In this document: positions 37,371 through 47,288 of the stretch, piece after piece
Layout of the letters: the number at the start of each line of letters is the position of its first letter
How positions within the stretch are numbered: position 1 is the stretch's first letter
Assembly: GCA_965242925.1 (NCBI GenBank)
Contig: CBDEUM010000022.1
Span: 96,001-160,000, forward strand
DNA length: 64,000 bases
Direction of reading: 5' to 3'
Source: Roseibacillus sp.
GTDB lineage: Bacteria > Verrucomicrobiota > Verrucomicrobiia > Verrucomicrobiales > Akkermansiaceae
Program-made: the position numbers and the translations under genes
The notes under the pieces: model-generated
What the model saw: only the letters and a program-made list of their open reading frames with translations
What the model was told of the DNA's origin: nothing
Databases searched by the model: none

Positions 37371-37536
37371 TGTCATGGGAAAAAGTTAGCCATCAGGGTT
37401 TGGAGCGCCAAGGTTTTTTTCGTATAATGAGAAGTTAATCGAGAATGATCAGAAATACCGTAAAATATAGGATCCCAGCACTTTTTCGCTTTAAATTGTG
37501 ATCGGATGGGGCTACCTCGTGCATCTTGATCCTGAC

Positions 37537-37610
37537 GCGGGTGTAGTTCAGTGGTAGAATGCGAGCTTCCCAAGCTTGAGGCGAGGGTTCGATTCCCTTC
37601 ACCCGCACCA
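37537..37610 (+). tRNA. tRNA-Gly(CCC)
   Basis: GCGGGTG/CACCCGC acceptor stem, anticodon loop TTCCCAA, GGTTCGATTCC, encoded CCA. Confidence 0.97.
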
Positions 37611-37734
37611 GGAAAACCCTTGATCCGGGACGGTTTCGACCTTTTTACGGCGATTGCGACATTAATCCCGGGCCTGCCACGATTTCTCGCTTTCGCCCCA
37701 ATGTCCCCGGGCAATGGCAATCCTGACTATCAAC

Positions 37735-38337
37735 TCAACGGTTCCACTCCGCTTCCGGGCGGACACTGAGGCAGGCCGACTCCGCACGCACAAATCGCCA
37801 TTTGCGGTTCACCGCGCTCGAAATCCCCACCCGCCGGCAGGCAATGGGCTCTGTCTGGTGGCGGACCGCCTCACGGCACAGTGAAAACCGTCGGGACTGA
37901 AGAACGGCGACCCCGTGCAGGGCTCCGTCAATGCCCAGAGCCTTTGTGAGCTTGCCTGGACCCGAGCATAGATCGGCTTCCGCCTCGCGGTGGCGACGAC
38001 GTTTCATCCGCGGCAAACCACTCACTGGTTCCAGGGCACGAAAGAGTACGAAGCCATCGCGCTCACCTCCCTTCACGAGCAGGTTGAAGAGCCAGTGCAC
38101 TCCGTAATTCAGATAGACATAGGCGGTCCCCGCCTCGTGCTCCTCGATGAATTGGCGGGCGCTGGGACGGACATGGGTATGGCATGCCGCATCACCCGCC
38201 GCCTCGTATGCCTCTGTTTCCACAATTACTCCGGCGCAACCCTGCCACTCGAGCCGACATCCGATTAACTCGCGGGCACACTCGAGTGGGCTTCGTTCGA
38301 AGAACCCGTGATCTAGCAGTGTCGCACTTTCCTTCAT
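37735..38337 (-). CDS. mpg: DNA-3-methyladenine glycosylase (MPG/AAG family)
   Basis: IVETEAY, D.ACH, YVYLNYGVHW, RALEP, CSGPGKL; ATG at 38337. Confidence 0.92.
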   Translation of the reverse strand: MKESATLLDHGFFERSPLECARELIGCRLEWQGCAGVIVETEAYEAAGDAACHTHVRPSARQFIEEHEAGTAYVYLNYGVHWLFNLLVKGGERDGFVLFRALEPVSGLPRMKRRRHREAEADLCSGPGKLTKALGIDGALHGVAVLQSRRFSLCREAVRHQTEPIACRRVGISSAVNRKWRFVRAESACLSVRPEAEWNR

Positions 38338-38374
38338 CGGCGCCTTCGCTGAGTGTTCCCGGCTACGACCCCTT

Positions 38375-39131
38375 CTACATTCCCGTCGGATGATCGATGA
38401 ACTGCCCGTCGAGGCTGTATTTTTCCACCAGTAAATCCACCAATGCACGCACGCCGGAGGTTTCCGTCAGGTAGTGCCCTCCGTAGAGGACATTGAGTCC
38501 CAGTTCCTCGGCTTCGGTATAACTCCAGTGCGGGCCCTCTCCTGTAAGGAAGGTATCTATTCCGGCCTCCCGGACGGCTGTCCAGGAACTCGCCACCACC
38601 TCCGGATATCACTCCCACCGTTCCGGCTGCATCCGAACCCGCGGCGCAGACATGGGGCGGGCTGCCCAGCACCTCGGTAACGCGCTCCGTAAGCTGGTCG
38701 AGCGATCCCGGGAAAATCCCACGGATACCCAGACGCGTCCCCTTCCATTCGAAGAACGGTTCAGTATCCTGCAACTCAAGCGCGGCGGAGAGGCGTGCGT
38801 TATTGCCCAGGACGGGATGGACATCGAGCGGAATGTGCGCACTGTAAATTGCCAGGCCTGCCTCCATCGCGGTCTTGAACTTCTCATAGGTCGCGCCAGT
38901 GACCGGGCGGGCTCCCTTCCAGAACATGCCGTGGTGCACCACCAGGAGGTCCATCCCCGCTTCAACCGCCTTCTTCACCACCGGGAGAGAAGCATCGACG
39001 GCCGCTGCCACCCGCCGCACCTCCTGCTCCCCCTGCATCTGCAATCCATTCACCGCTCCCGGGTAATCGGGCACCTCCCCGAGTCGTAATTCCTCATCGA
39101 GAAAAGCGACAATCTCATCCAGACACGCCAT
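38375..39131 (-). CDS. Nif3-like dinuclear metal center protein (YbgI/DUF34) with one +1 frameshift near 38580-38590
   Basis: NGLQ, AVDA, VHHG, HIPLDVHP..GNN in one frame; TGE..H, GGHYLTE..GV, HPTGM in the next frame. Confidence 0.85.
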
Positions 39132-39157
39132 GCCCGACTCTCCCCGTTCTTCCAGAG

Positions 39158-39931
39158 CTAGCAATCATCGATATCACAAAAATCCCGCAGTTCCGGAGGA
39201 AGGGGAGACTCCCACCGCATCCTCCCTTCTTCCCAAGGCACATCCAGTGTGCTCGCATGCAGGGCCTGCCGGGGCAGGTGCAGGATTTCCTCCAGGGCCG
39301 GACTCCATCCCCTCTCGATGAACTCAAGGTAGCACTCCTCGGACGGCCCGTAAATCTTGTCCCCTGACAGGGAGTGTCCAAGATGCGCGAGATGGACGCG
39401 GATCTGGTGAGTCCGTCCGGTCTCCGGCATCGCCTGCACCACTGCAAGGCGACCGGCCTTATTCTCGAAACGGCGCACTACTTCAAAGTGCGTGACCGAG
39501 GGCCGGCCCTCTGGATGAACCATCTGTTTGATCCAGATCCGCGACTCACGCACTTCGCCCTGCCGCAGAATCGGCTCCTCCACCTTCATGTTCTCCCACT
39601 CGGGCCATCCGTCCACCACCGCGAGATACTCCTTGCCGATCTCGCGACGCTGCATCGCCTTCCCGAATTGCCGGGCTGCCGCCCGCGTGCGCGACATCAG
39701 GACCAGGCCGCTCGTCTCACGATCGAGACGGTTCAGAATGCTCAGCGTTCCTCCCTCTTCTCCCTGTTCGGCCAGCCAGGCATTGACTTCTCCCAGCAAA
39801 GTGGGTTCCGGCTTCTCGTTGGTGGGATGCACGATGAGGGGCGCGGGTTTCTCAACCACCAGCCAGTGTTCCGCCAACTCCACGATGTGGATGTCGGTAC
39901 ACACTGCGATCGTTTCCTTCTTCAAACTCAT
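39158..39931 (-). CDS. RluA-family pseudouridine synthase
   Basis: EKPAPL.VHP, NRLDRETSG, TGRTHQIRVH, GDKIYG, RQALHA. Confidence 0.93.
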   Translation of the reverse strand: MSLKKETIAVCTDIHIVELAEHWLVVEKPAPLIVHPTNEKPEPTLLGEVNAWLAEQGEEGGTLSILNRLDRETSGLVLMSRTRAAARQFGKAMQRREIGKEYLAVVDGWPEWENMKVEEPILRQGEVRESRIWIKQMVHPEGRPSVTHFEVVRRFENKAGRLAVVQAMPETGRTHQIRVHLAHLGHSLSGDKIYGPSEECYLEFIERGWSPALEEILHLPRQALHASTLDVPWEEGRMRWESPLPPELRDFCDIDDC

Positions 39932-40031
39932 CTCCGACACTTTCCTGTCCGCGTCTCCATACCCCAATATCCGCGGAACCCAATGCCCAATAACACCTTG
40001 CCAGCCCCACCGCGTCTCCTACTCTTCCGCC

Positions 40032-41372
40032 ATGCCCCAAACCTCAATTGTGGCCTCCTCCAATTCGGACAGGGAATACACCCTTGCAGGACCGGCCACG
40101 CTGGAAGGGACTTCCCTGCACACCGGCCAGAAGGTCACCCTCACCATCAAACCCGCCCCTGAAGGCCACGGCTTCAAGTTTCGCCGTATCGATCTACCGG
40201 ACAAACCCTTCATCGATGCCGATGTGGGCCGGGTGGAAAAGGTCGAACGGGCCACTACCCTCGCTTCGGGATCCGTCCGGGTCCACACCGTGGAGCACGT
40301 CCTCTCCGCCCTCACCGGAATGAACGTGGACAATGCCCTCATCGAGATGGACGCCAACGAACCGCCCATCGGCGATGGTTCGGCCCGGCCCTTCGTAGAC
40401 CTTATCAGGAAAGCCGGGGTGGAGGAGCAGGATTCCCGGCGGAAGACCTGGGAGATCCGCGAACCGATCCACTTCGACGATAAGGACGGATCTCATATCA
40501 CAATTGTCCCCTACCGCGGGTTTCGCGTCTCGGTCACCAATCTGAGCCACCTCGGCAAGTTCACCCAGCACTTCTCCAGCGAGGTCACTCCCGAACTCTA
40601 CGAATGCGAGATCGCTCCCGCCCGTACCTTCACCTTCTACGAGGATATCAAGCCCCTCCTCGATCAGGGCCTCATCAAGGGAGGCTCCCTTGAGAATGCA
40701 GTAGTGATTCGGGATGAGGAAATCCTGTCCAAGGAGCCCATGCGCTTCGAGAACGAGTTCGCTCGCCACAAGGCCCTCGATCTCATCGGCGACCTCGCCC
40801 TCTCCGGCAAGCGTATCACCGGTCATGTCATCGCGGTTGCTCCAGGGCACGGACCCAACACTCAAATGGCAGGAATGCTCAAGAAGGAATACCAGCGCAT
40901 GCGCTCCATGGTGCCTCCCTTCAAGCTCCCGGAGAACGAAGCGGTCCTGGATATCAAGGATATCTTCCGCATCCTCCCCCACCGGGCTCCCTTCCTTCTC
41001 ATCGACCGCGTGATTGACTTCTCCAGCGAGCTCAAGTGCACCGCTGTCAAGAACGTCACCTACAACGAACCTTTCTTCGAGGGGCACTTCCCCGACCACC
41101 CTGTCATGCCCGGGGTGCTGCAACTCGAAGCCATGGCCCAGGCGGCTTCCGTCCTCGTCCTGCGGCTTCCGGACAACGAGGGCAAGATCGGTTACTTCAT
41201 GTCCGCCGACCACGTCAAGTTCCGCCGGCCCGTGTTGCCCGGAGACACCCTCTTCATCGAGGCAGAGATCGTGAAAATGAAACGCAGCGTTGGAGTGGCC
41301 GTCTGCCAGTGTCTTGTCAATGGCGAGGTGGTGTCTAGTGCCGAACTGAAGTTCGCGGTGGTCGATGCCTGA
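40032..41372 (+). CDS. lpxC-fabZ: Bifunctional LpxC deacetylase / FabZ 3-hydroxyacyl-ACP dehydratase
   Basis: LHTG, TVEHVLSAL, PIGDGS, ARTF, RHKALDLIGDL, then LPHRAPFLLIDR, GHFPDHPVMPGVL; ATG at 40032 preferred. Confidence 0.95.
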   Translation: MPQTSIVASSNSDREYTLAGPATLEGTSLHTGQKVTLTIKPAPEGHGFKFRRIDLPDKPFIDADVGRVEKVERATTLASGSVRVHTVEHVLSALTGMNVDNALIEMDANEPPIGDGSARPFVDLIRKAGVEEQDSRRKTWEIREPIHFDDKDGSHITIVPYRGFRVSVTNLSHLGKFTQHFSSEVTPELYECEIAPARTFTFYEDIKPLLDQGLIKGGSLENAVVIRDEEILSKEPMRFENEFARHKALDLIGDLALSGKRITGHVIAVAPGHGPNTQMAGMLKKEYQRMRSMVPPFKLPENEAVLDIKDIFRILPHRAPFLLIDRVIDFSSELKCTAVKNVTYNEPFFEGHFPDHPVMPGVLQLEAMAQAASVLVLRLPDNEGKIGYFMSADHVKFRRPVLPGDTLFIEAEIVKMKRSVGVAVCQCLVNGEVVSSAELKFAVVDA

Positions 41373-42171
41373 AACCCGACATCTCTTCCGGAACATTCCC
41401 CTGTTCCGGGCAATTGCAGCCATCTCGTTACTCCTTGCCCTGCCGGGTTGCCATCTATTCGTGGCGCAACCAGCCGCCCTCCCCCGGGATCTGGCCTCCC
41501 CGCCCCTTCCCGTCGGGTCGAATCATCCCACCCGTCATGCCCCTGCGCGGATGCCTGCAGCCTCCGGGCCCAGAACCGAACGTCTTCACCTCCTCGTCGA
41601 TTCCAGCGCCTCCGCTGCCCTCATCGGCATTACCCTGGACCCCATGGCTCTTGCGCCCCGGCGCTCGGTCTGCAGCTGCCCGCTCAAGGGGACCGTCACC
41701 GGAATACTCAAAACCTCCGGCCTCGGCACACGCACCTTCACCATCGAGAAAATCGACCTGGCCACTGCGGGTGATGGCCGCCTCGAATTTGACTGGACCC
41801 CTCTCATCGGAGCCATCAGGGCCCTGATCCCCGCCGGCATCCTCACCATCAGGGACCACACCATGCCCCACGCCATGCCGCTCCAGCAGGACGGACGTTT
41901 CTCACATCCCAAGTGCCGCTTCCGGGTCGGTGGCACCTGCCAGGTACAGGGTCGCGGTCTCGTCCTGAAGAAGAAGGTGGGCCAGAAGGAAGAGGACCTC
42001 ACCATTGCCCGGACCGAGCCAGTGGTTCTGGCGGGCTCCCTTACCCACCGGGAGAACAGATGGATCCTGGTCATTCCCTCCACCGTCATGAAGGACCGCT
42101 TTGAAATCGACGAGGAGGGAACCATCCTTGACCTCACCTTCACCGGCAGCATTACCGCGGTGGAGAAGTAG
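41365..42171 (+). CDS. Hypothetical lipoprotein
   Basis: ISLLLALPG/C lipobox-like signal; overlaps the lpxC-fabZ stop. Confidence 0.65.
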   Translation: MPETRHLFRNIPLFRAIAAISLLLALPGCHLFVAQPAALPRDLASPPLPVGSNHPTRHAPARMPAASGPRTERLHLLVDSSASAALIGITLDPMALAPRRSVCSCPLKGTVTGILKTSGLGTRTFTIEKIDLATAGDGRLEFDWTPLIGAIRALIPAGILTIRDHTMPHAMPLQQDGRFSHPKCRFRVGGTCQVQGRGLVLKKKVGQKEEDLTIARTEPVVLAGSLTHRENRWILVIPSTVMKDRFEIDEEGTILDLTFTGSITAVEK

Positions 42172-42558
42172 GATCGAAGACCGCCGCAGGCGGTTGTCCG
42201 GTCAGGAGGCATGAAAGGGGCGCCCCCTTCGGAACCTTGCCAGAGACAAATGGCCGGACGGAATTCTGCCGGCCAGATCGACATCATCCTCCATCCTGCT
42301 GTCGCGGCACCACCCGGCTTCAGGAGAAAGCCTCCTTCAACACGCGGCCATACAAGTTTGTAAGGGCGTCTCTCTGTCCAGATCATAGCCCAAGGGACCG
42401 GCAAGATGCCCCTGTTCGTCACTTCAAGGAGTTACCGATTCCCCGAAAAGTGCAGCACCGAACCCCGGCAAACCATTAAAACGGCACACTTTAGCACGAC
42501 CAGCGTAAATTCCGCTTCGCTATCGGGAATTCTCCGTCGAGGATAGGGCCAAGGATTC

Positions 42559-45500
42559 ATGAGTGTTAGACCCACCTCCATCCTCCTCTTCCTGGCCGCA
42601 GCCGCCCCGGCGATCTACGGCCAACCAAAGATAGAGTTCAATCGCGACATCCGCCCTATTCTGGCCGAGAACTGCTTTGCCTGCCACGGCCCCGATCCCG
42701 GCGCGCGCAAGGCCGACATGCGCCTCGATACCGAGGCGGGATTCTTTACGCAACGGGAAGATGCACCGCCCGTGGTGATCAAGGGGAACCCCGAGGAGAG
42801 CGAGCTCTATCAACGACTCATCACCGGGGATGCGGATGACATCATGCCGCCTCCCAAGAGCCACAAGAAGCTCAGCCCTGAGCAGATCGCCCTGATCAGA
42901 ACCTGGATCAGCCAGAACGCCCCGTGGCAGGCGCACTGGTCCCTCCGCAGTCCCGTGCGTCCCGGGGTGCCAACTCCAAAGAAGGCCGACTGGTCACGGA
43001 ATGCCGTTGACCGCTTTCTCCTCGCCAAGCTTGAGGAGGAGGGCCTCACCCCGGCCCCGGATGCCGATCCCCATGTTCTTGTCCGACGGCTTGCTCTTGA
43101 TCTGACAGGACTCCCGCCAGACCCCGAAATCACCTCCGGGTTCATTGCCACCCCGACTGAGGAAAACTACCTCAAGCTCATCGACACCCTCCTGACCTCA
43201 CCACGTTACGGTGAGCATCGCGCCCGTTACTGGCTTGATGCGGCACGCTACGGTGACACGCACGGACTGCACTTTGACAACTACCGTGAGATGTATCCCT
43301 ATCGCGACTGGGTGGTGAAGTCCTTCAACCAGAACCTGCCCTATGACAAGTTTACCATCTGGCAACTGGCCGGAGACCTTCTCCCCGAACCCTCCCTTGA
43401 TCAGCTTATCGCCACTGGCTTCCAACGCTGCAACATCACCACCAACGAAGGCGGGACAATTGCAGAGGAAAACCTGGCCATCTATGCCGCTGACCGCGTG
43501 CAGACCTTTGGCTGGGTCTACCTCGGTCTGACCACCAACTGTGCCCAGTGCCATGATCACAAGTTTGACCCCTTCACCACGCAAGACTACTACGCGATGG
43601 CGGCCTTCTTCCGGAACACCACCCAGGGTGCATTGGACGGTAACGCCTCCGACGGCCGCGGACCGGTCATCAAGGTCCCCTTCAACGAGGATCGGGAGAA
43701 ACGGGAGTCGCTCGACAAGGAGATTGCGGAAGCCCAATCCCAGCTTGAAAACAGGCGAACGGAAGCAAAACCCGACTTTGAAAAGTGGGCTGCCACCGCC
43801 AACCCGGATCAATTGGCCGAAGCCCAGCCCCGGGAAGGCCTTCTGGTGCATGTCCCGCTCAACGAAGGACTCGGCGATAAGGTGAAAGGCACGGTCAAGG
43901 GAGAGGAAAAAACCTTCAAGTCCAAGGGCTTTCTCACCTGGGATCCCAAGGGCAAGATCGGTCCCGCTCCCCGCATCAAGCGTGGCCGCACCTTTGACCT
44001 CGGTGACCTCGCCAACTTCAAGATCGATCAAGCCTTCAGCTACGGTGCCTGGATCCGTTCTGCGCGTGGCATCAATGGCGCGGTCTTCGCTCGCATGGAT
44101 ACAGCCAGGAAGCACCGCGGCTGGGATCTCTGGCAGCAGGGCGCGCACTTCGGGGCCCACCTCGTCGATAACTATCCCGACAACGCCTTCAAGGTCATTA
44201 CCCAGAAAGCGGTCCTCAAATTCGGCCAGTGGAACCACGTCTTTGTCACCTACAACGGAAGCGGCAAGGCGGAGGGACTCCGCCTCTATCACAATGGGGT
44301 CGAGCAGACCAAGAGCGTGGAGAGTGGCTCCCTCAAGCCGAATGCCGACATCACCTCCGGGACCCCGCTGCAGATCGGACAGCGAAGCGCAGGAGAGTTC
44401 TTCGAAGATGGCTTCCTGCAGGACATGCGCATCTATGAACGCACCCTCTCCGCGGGCGAGATCAAGGCCCTCGCCGACTCCGGACCCCTCCGCGCCATCC
44501 TGGCAACCGCCGCCCAGGACCGTAGTGCCGAGCAAACCAAGGTCCTCTTTGAGAATTTCCTCTACACCCGCGACCAGCAGTTCTCAGCCCTCACCGAAAC
44601 AATCGCCAAGCTGAAATCGCAGCGTCAGGGACTCAACGGCAGCGCAGCTATCACCCACGTCCAGAAAGAGAAAGCGGGCATGGCCATGGCTGATATCCTG
44701 ATGCGAGGACAATACGACAAGAAGGGTGACCAGATGAAAGCCAACACCCCTTCCGCCCTGCCCCCCCTGCCCGGCGATGCCCCACCCAACCGTCTCGGAC
44801 TGGCCCAGTGGGTGGTTTCTCCCGAGAACCCCCTCACCGCCCGCGTAACCGTCAACCGGCTCTGGCAGGAGATCTTCGGACAGGGGATCGTGGTGACCTC
44901 GGAAGACTTCGGCATCATGGGAATGCCGCCTACCCATCCCAAGTTACTCGACTGGCTGGCGGTGGAGTTTCGCGAATCAGGCTGGGACGTGAAGAAGTTC
45001 ATGAAACTTCTGGTCACCAGCCGTGCCTATCGCCAGGCCGCCCTCACCACTCCGGAGAAGCGCGAAAAGGACGAAGACAACCGCTTCCTGAGCCGGGGAC
45101 CGCGCTTCCGCATGGATGCGGAGATGGTCCGCGACTACGCCCTCGCGGCCAGCGGCCTTCTATCCAGCTCCATGGGAGGGCCCGGGGTCCGCCCCTATCA
45201 ACCCGGTGACATCTGGAACGTCGTCGGGCTGCCCGGCGGCAATACCCGTAATTACAAGCAGGACACCGGGGAGAAACTCTACCGCCGCACGCTCTACAAC
45301 TTCTGGAAACGCATGGCTCATCCACCCAACATGGAGGCTTTCAACGCTCCCAGCCGCGAGGTTTGCACCGTGCGCCGCGAACGCACCAACACACCCCTGC
45401 AGGCTCTGGTCACCATGAACGACCCCCAGTTCGTGGAAGCCGCCCGCGCCCTCGCCCAGCGTGCCCTGCGGGCAGCTTCCGGCGAAGACTCCGCCACCAT

Positions 45501-45735
45501 GGACTACATTGCCCGGCGAACTCTCTGCCGTCCGCTCAAGCCCCGCGAAATCACCATCCTCCAAGCCTGTCTCGCCGACCACACCGCTCACTACAAGGAT
45601 AACCTCACCGATGCCAAGTCCCTCCTCAAGGTGGGCGAAAGCACAGCCGATCCAACCCTCGATCCCCGCAAACTCGCGGCTTGGACCATGCTGTGCAACC
45701 AGATGCTCAACCTCGATGAAGTGCTGACCAAGTAG
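42559..45735 (+). CDS. Planctomycete cytochrome c + DUF1549 + LamG + DUF1553 protein
   Basis: FNRDIRPIL..CFACHGPD, CAQCHDHKFDP, WNHVFVTYNG (LamG), TNTPLQAL, LNLDE. Confidence 0.92.
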   Translation: MSVRPTSILLFLAAAAPAIYGQPKIEFNRDIRPILAENCFACHGPDPGARKADMRLDTEAGFFTQREDAPPVVIKGNPEESELYQRLITGDADDIMPPPKSHKKLSPEQIALIRTWISQNAPWQAHWSLRSPVRPGVPTPKKADWSRNAVDRFLLAKLEEEGLTPAPDADPHVLVRRLALDLTGLPPDPEITSGFIATPTEENYLKLIDTLLTSPRYGEHRARYWLDAARYGDTHGLHFDNYREMYPYRDWVVKSFNQNLPYDKFTIWQLAGDLLPEPSLDQLIATGFQRCNITTNEGGTIAEENLAIYAADRVQTFGWVYLGLTTNCAQCHDHKFDPFTTQDYYAMAAFFRNTTQGALDGNASDGRGPVIKVPFNEDREKRESLDKEIAEAQSQLENRRTEAKPDFEKWAATANPDQLAEAQPREGLLVHVPLNEGLGDKVKGTVKGEEKTFKSKGFLTWDPKGKIGPAPRIKRGRTFDLGDLANFKIDQAFSYGAWIRSARGINGAVFARMDTARKHRGWDLWQQGAHFGAHLVDNYPDNAFKVITQKAVLKFGQWNHVFVTYNGSGKAEGLRLYHNGVEQTKSVESGSLKPNADITSGTPLQIGQRSAGEFFEDGFLQDMRIYERTLSAGEIKALADSGPLRAILATAAQDRSAEQTKVLFENFLYTRDQQFSALTETIAKLKSQRQGLNGSAAITHVQKEKAGMAMADILMRGQYDKKGDQMKANTPSALPPLPGDAPPNRLGLAQWVVSPENPLTARVTVNRLWQEIFGQGIVVTSEDFGIMGMPPTHPKLLDWLAVEFRESGWDVKKFMKLLVTSRAYRQAALTTPEKREKDEDNRFLSRGPRFRMDAEMVRDYALAASGLLSSSMGGPGVRPYQPGDIWNVVGLPGGNTRNYKQDTGEKLYRRTLYNFWKRMAHPPNMEAFNAPSREVCTVRRERTNTPLQALVTMNDPQFVEAARALAQRALRAASGEDSATMDYIARRTLCRPLKPREITILQACLADHTAHYKDNLTDAKSLLKVGESTADPTLDPRKLAAWTMLCNQMLNLDEVLTK

Positions 45736-45793
45736 AAACTGCACCTGCCCGGGGACAGAACAGCCCCGACTTCCAGACCACCCGGAACGACCC

Positions 45794-47245
45794 ATGAATC
45801 TCTTCCACGAATACCTCCAGGCCCAATCCCGGCGCTACTTCCTTTCGCAGGGAAAGAACGTGCTGGGCGGTGCGGCCCTCGCCTCCCTGCTGGGACGGTC
45901 AATGAGCGGAGAGGCTAATGCCGCTGGCGCCGTCAAGACCCACTTCGCTCCCAAGGCCAAGCGCGTGATCTACCTCCACATGGTGGGGGGACCCGCACAG
46001 ATGGATCTCTTCGACTACAAGCCGGTCATGCAGAAGTGGTATGACAAGGACCTTCCCGACACCGTGCGAATGGGCCAGCGCCTGACCACCATGACAAGTG
46101 GACAGAAGCGATTCCCGATCGCTCCTTCCAAATACAAGTTTGCCCAGAAGGGGCAGTGCGGGATGTGGATGAACGATGAACTGCTCCCCAACCTGCACCA
46201 GTGTGCCGACGATATCTGCTGGATGCGAAGCCTTCACACCGAGGCCATCAACCACGAACCGGCCATCGCAGCCATGCAGACCGGCAACCAGATCACCGGG
46301 CGTCCCTGCCTCGGATCATGGGCCTCCTACGGCCTTGGATCCATGAATGAAGACCTCCCCGCTTTCGTGGTCATGGTGGCCACTCCCAGTAACCGTGAAC
46401 AGGAACAGGCAATCTCCTCGCGGCTCTGGTCCAGCGGCTATCTCTCAGGGGAACACGCGGGAGTCTCCTTCCGGAGCAAGGGTGACCCCATCCTCTATAT
46501 CAATAACCCTGACGGCGTACCCGACGCGATCCGGCAGCGCACCATCAAGGGCATCAACGATATGAATGAGCTGACTTACAAGGAACTCGGCGACCCCGAG
46601 ACCTTCACCCGCATCAGGCAGTATGAGATGGCCGCCAGCATGCAGGCCAGCATGCCTGAGCTCACCGATCTCAGCAAGGAACCCAAACGCACCTTCGAAC
46701 TTTATGGCGAGGAAGCCAAAAAGCCGGGAAGCTTCGCCAACGTCGCGCTCATGGCTCGGCGACTCGCTGAAAGAAATGTCCGTTTCATCCAGGTCTATCA
46801 CAATAACTGGGATCACCACGGCAATGTGAATGGCCGCATGCCGTCCCAGTGCAGGGATGTGGACCGCCCCTGCTATGCCCTTATCAACGACCTCAAGGAA
46901 CGGGGCATGTTCGAGGATACCCTCATCATCTGGGGTGGGGAATTCGGGCGCACCATCTACAGCCAGGGCGGCCTCAGCAAGACGAACTACGGCCGCGATC
47001 ACCATCCACGTTGCTTCACGATGTGGATGGCGGGCGGCGGAAGCAAGGGTGGCTCCATCTACGGGGAGACCGATGACTTCAGCTACAACATCGTCAAGGA
47101 TCCCCTCCACATCCGCGATTTCCACGCCACCATCCTCCACCTCCTCGGCTACGATCACGAAAGGTTCACCGTGAAATACCAGGGCCTCGATCAGCGCCTC
47201 ACCGGGGTAGAGAAGGCCAAGGTGGTAAAGGAGCTCCTTGCCTGA
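45794..47245 (+). CDS. DUF1501 domain protein (Tat-like signal)
   Basis: SRRYFL, HMVGGP..DLFDYKP, WDHH, WGGEFGRT, GRDHHP. Confidence 0.92.
   Translation: MNLFHEYLQAQSRRYFLSQGKNVLGGAALASLLGRSMSGEANAAGAVKTHFAPKAKRVIYLHMVGGPAQMDLFDYKPVMQKWYDKDLPDTVRMGQRLTTMTSGQKRFPIAPSKYKFAQKGQCGMWMNDELLPNLHQCADDICWMRSLHTEAINHEPAIAAMQTGNQITGRPCLGSWASYGLGSMNEDLPAFVVMVATPSNREQEQAISSRLWSSGYLSGEHAGVSFRSKGDPILYINNPDGVPDAIRQRTIKGINDMNELTYKELGDPETFTRIRQYEMAASMQASMPELTDLSKEPKRTFELYGEEAKKPGSFANVALMARRLAERNVRFIQVYHNNWDHHGNVNGRMPSQCRDVDRPCYALINDLKERGMFEDTLIIWGGEFGRTIYSQGGLSKTNYGRDHHPRCFTMWMAGGGSKGGSIYGETDDFSYNIVKDPLHIRDFHATILHLLGYDHERFTVKYQGLDQRLTGVEKAKVVKELLA
47126..47245 (+). repeat. Copy 1 of an imperfect 120-nt direct repeat (DUF1501 3' end); copy 2 at 50870-50989
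   Basis: Hand alignment: 106/120 identical with no gaps; last 90 nt 82/90. Confidence 0.8.
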
Positions 47246-47288
47246 TCTCGACATCAGTCCCTATCGTAAAAGGATAACCATTTAACGT

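Noticed and set aside
37297..37610. tRNA-Gly as a UGA suppressor or sign of a reassigned genetic code
   Set aside because: The anticodons are TCC and CCC, not TCA, and many complete genes here end in TGA (e.g. hemL, lpxC-fabZ). Neither tRNA has the long variable arm of tRNA-Sec.
39528..40031. 168-aa N-terminal extension of LpxC-FabZ in the ORF track
   Set aside because: It overlaps the divergent RluA gene, and LpxC similarity starts only after ATG 40032.
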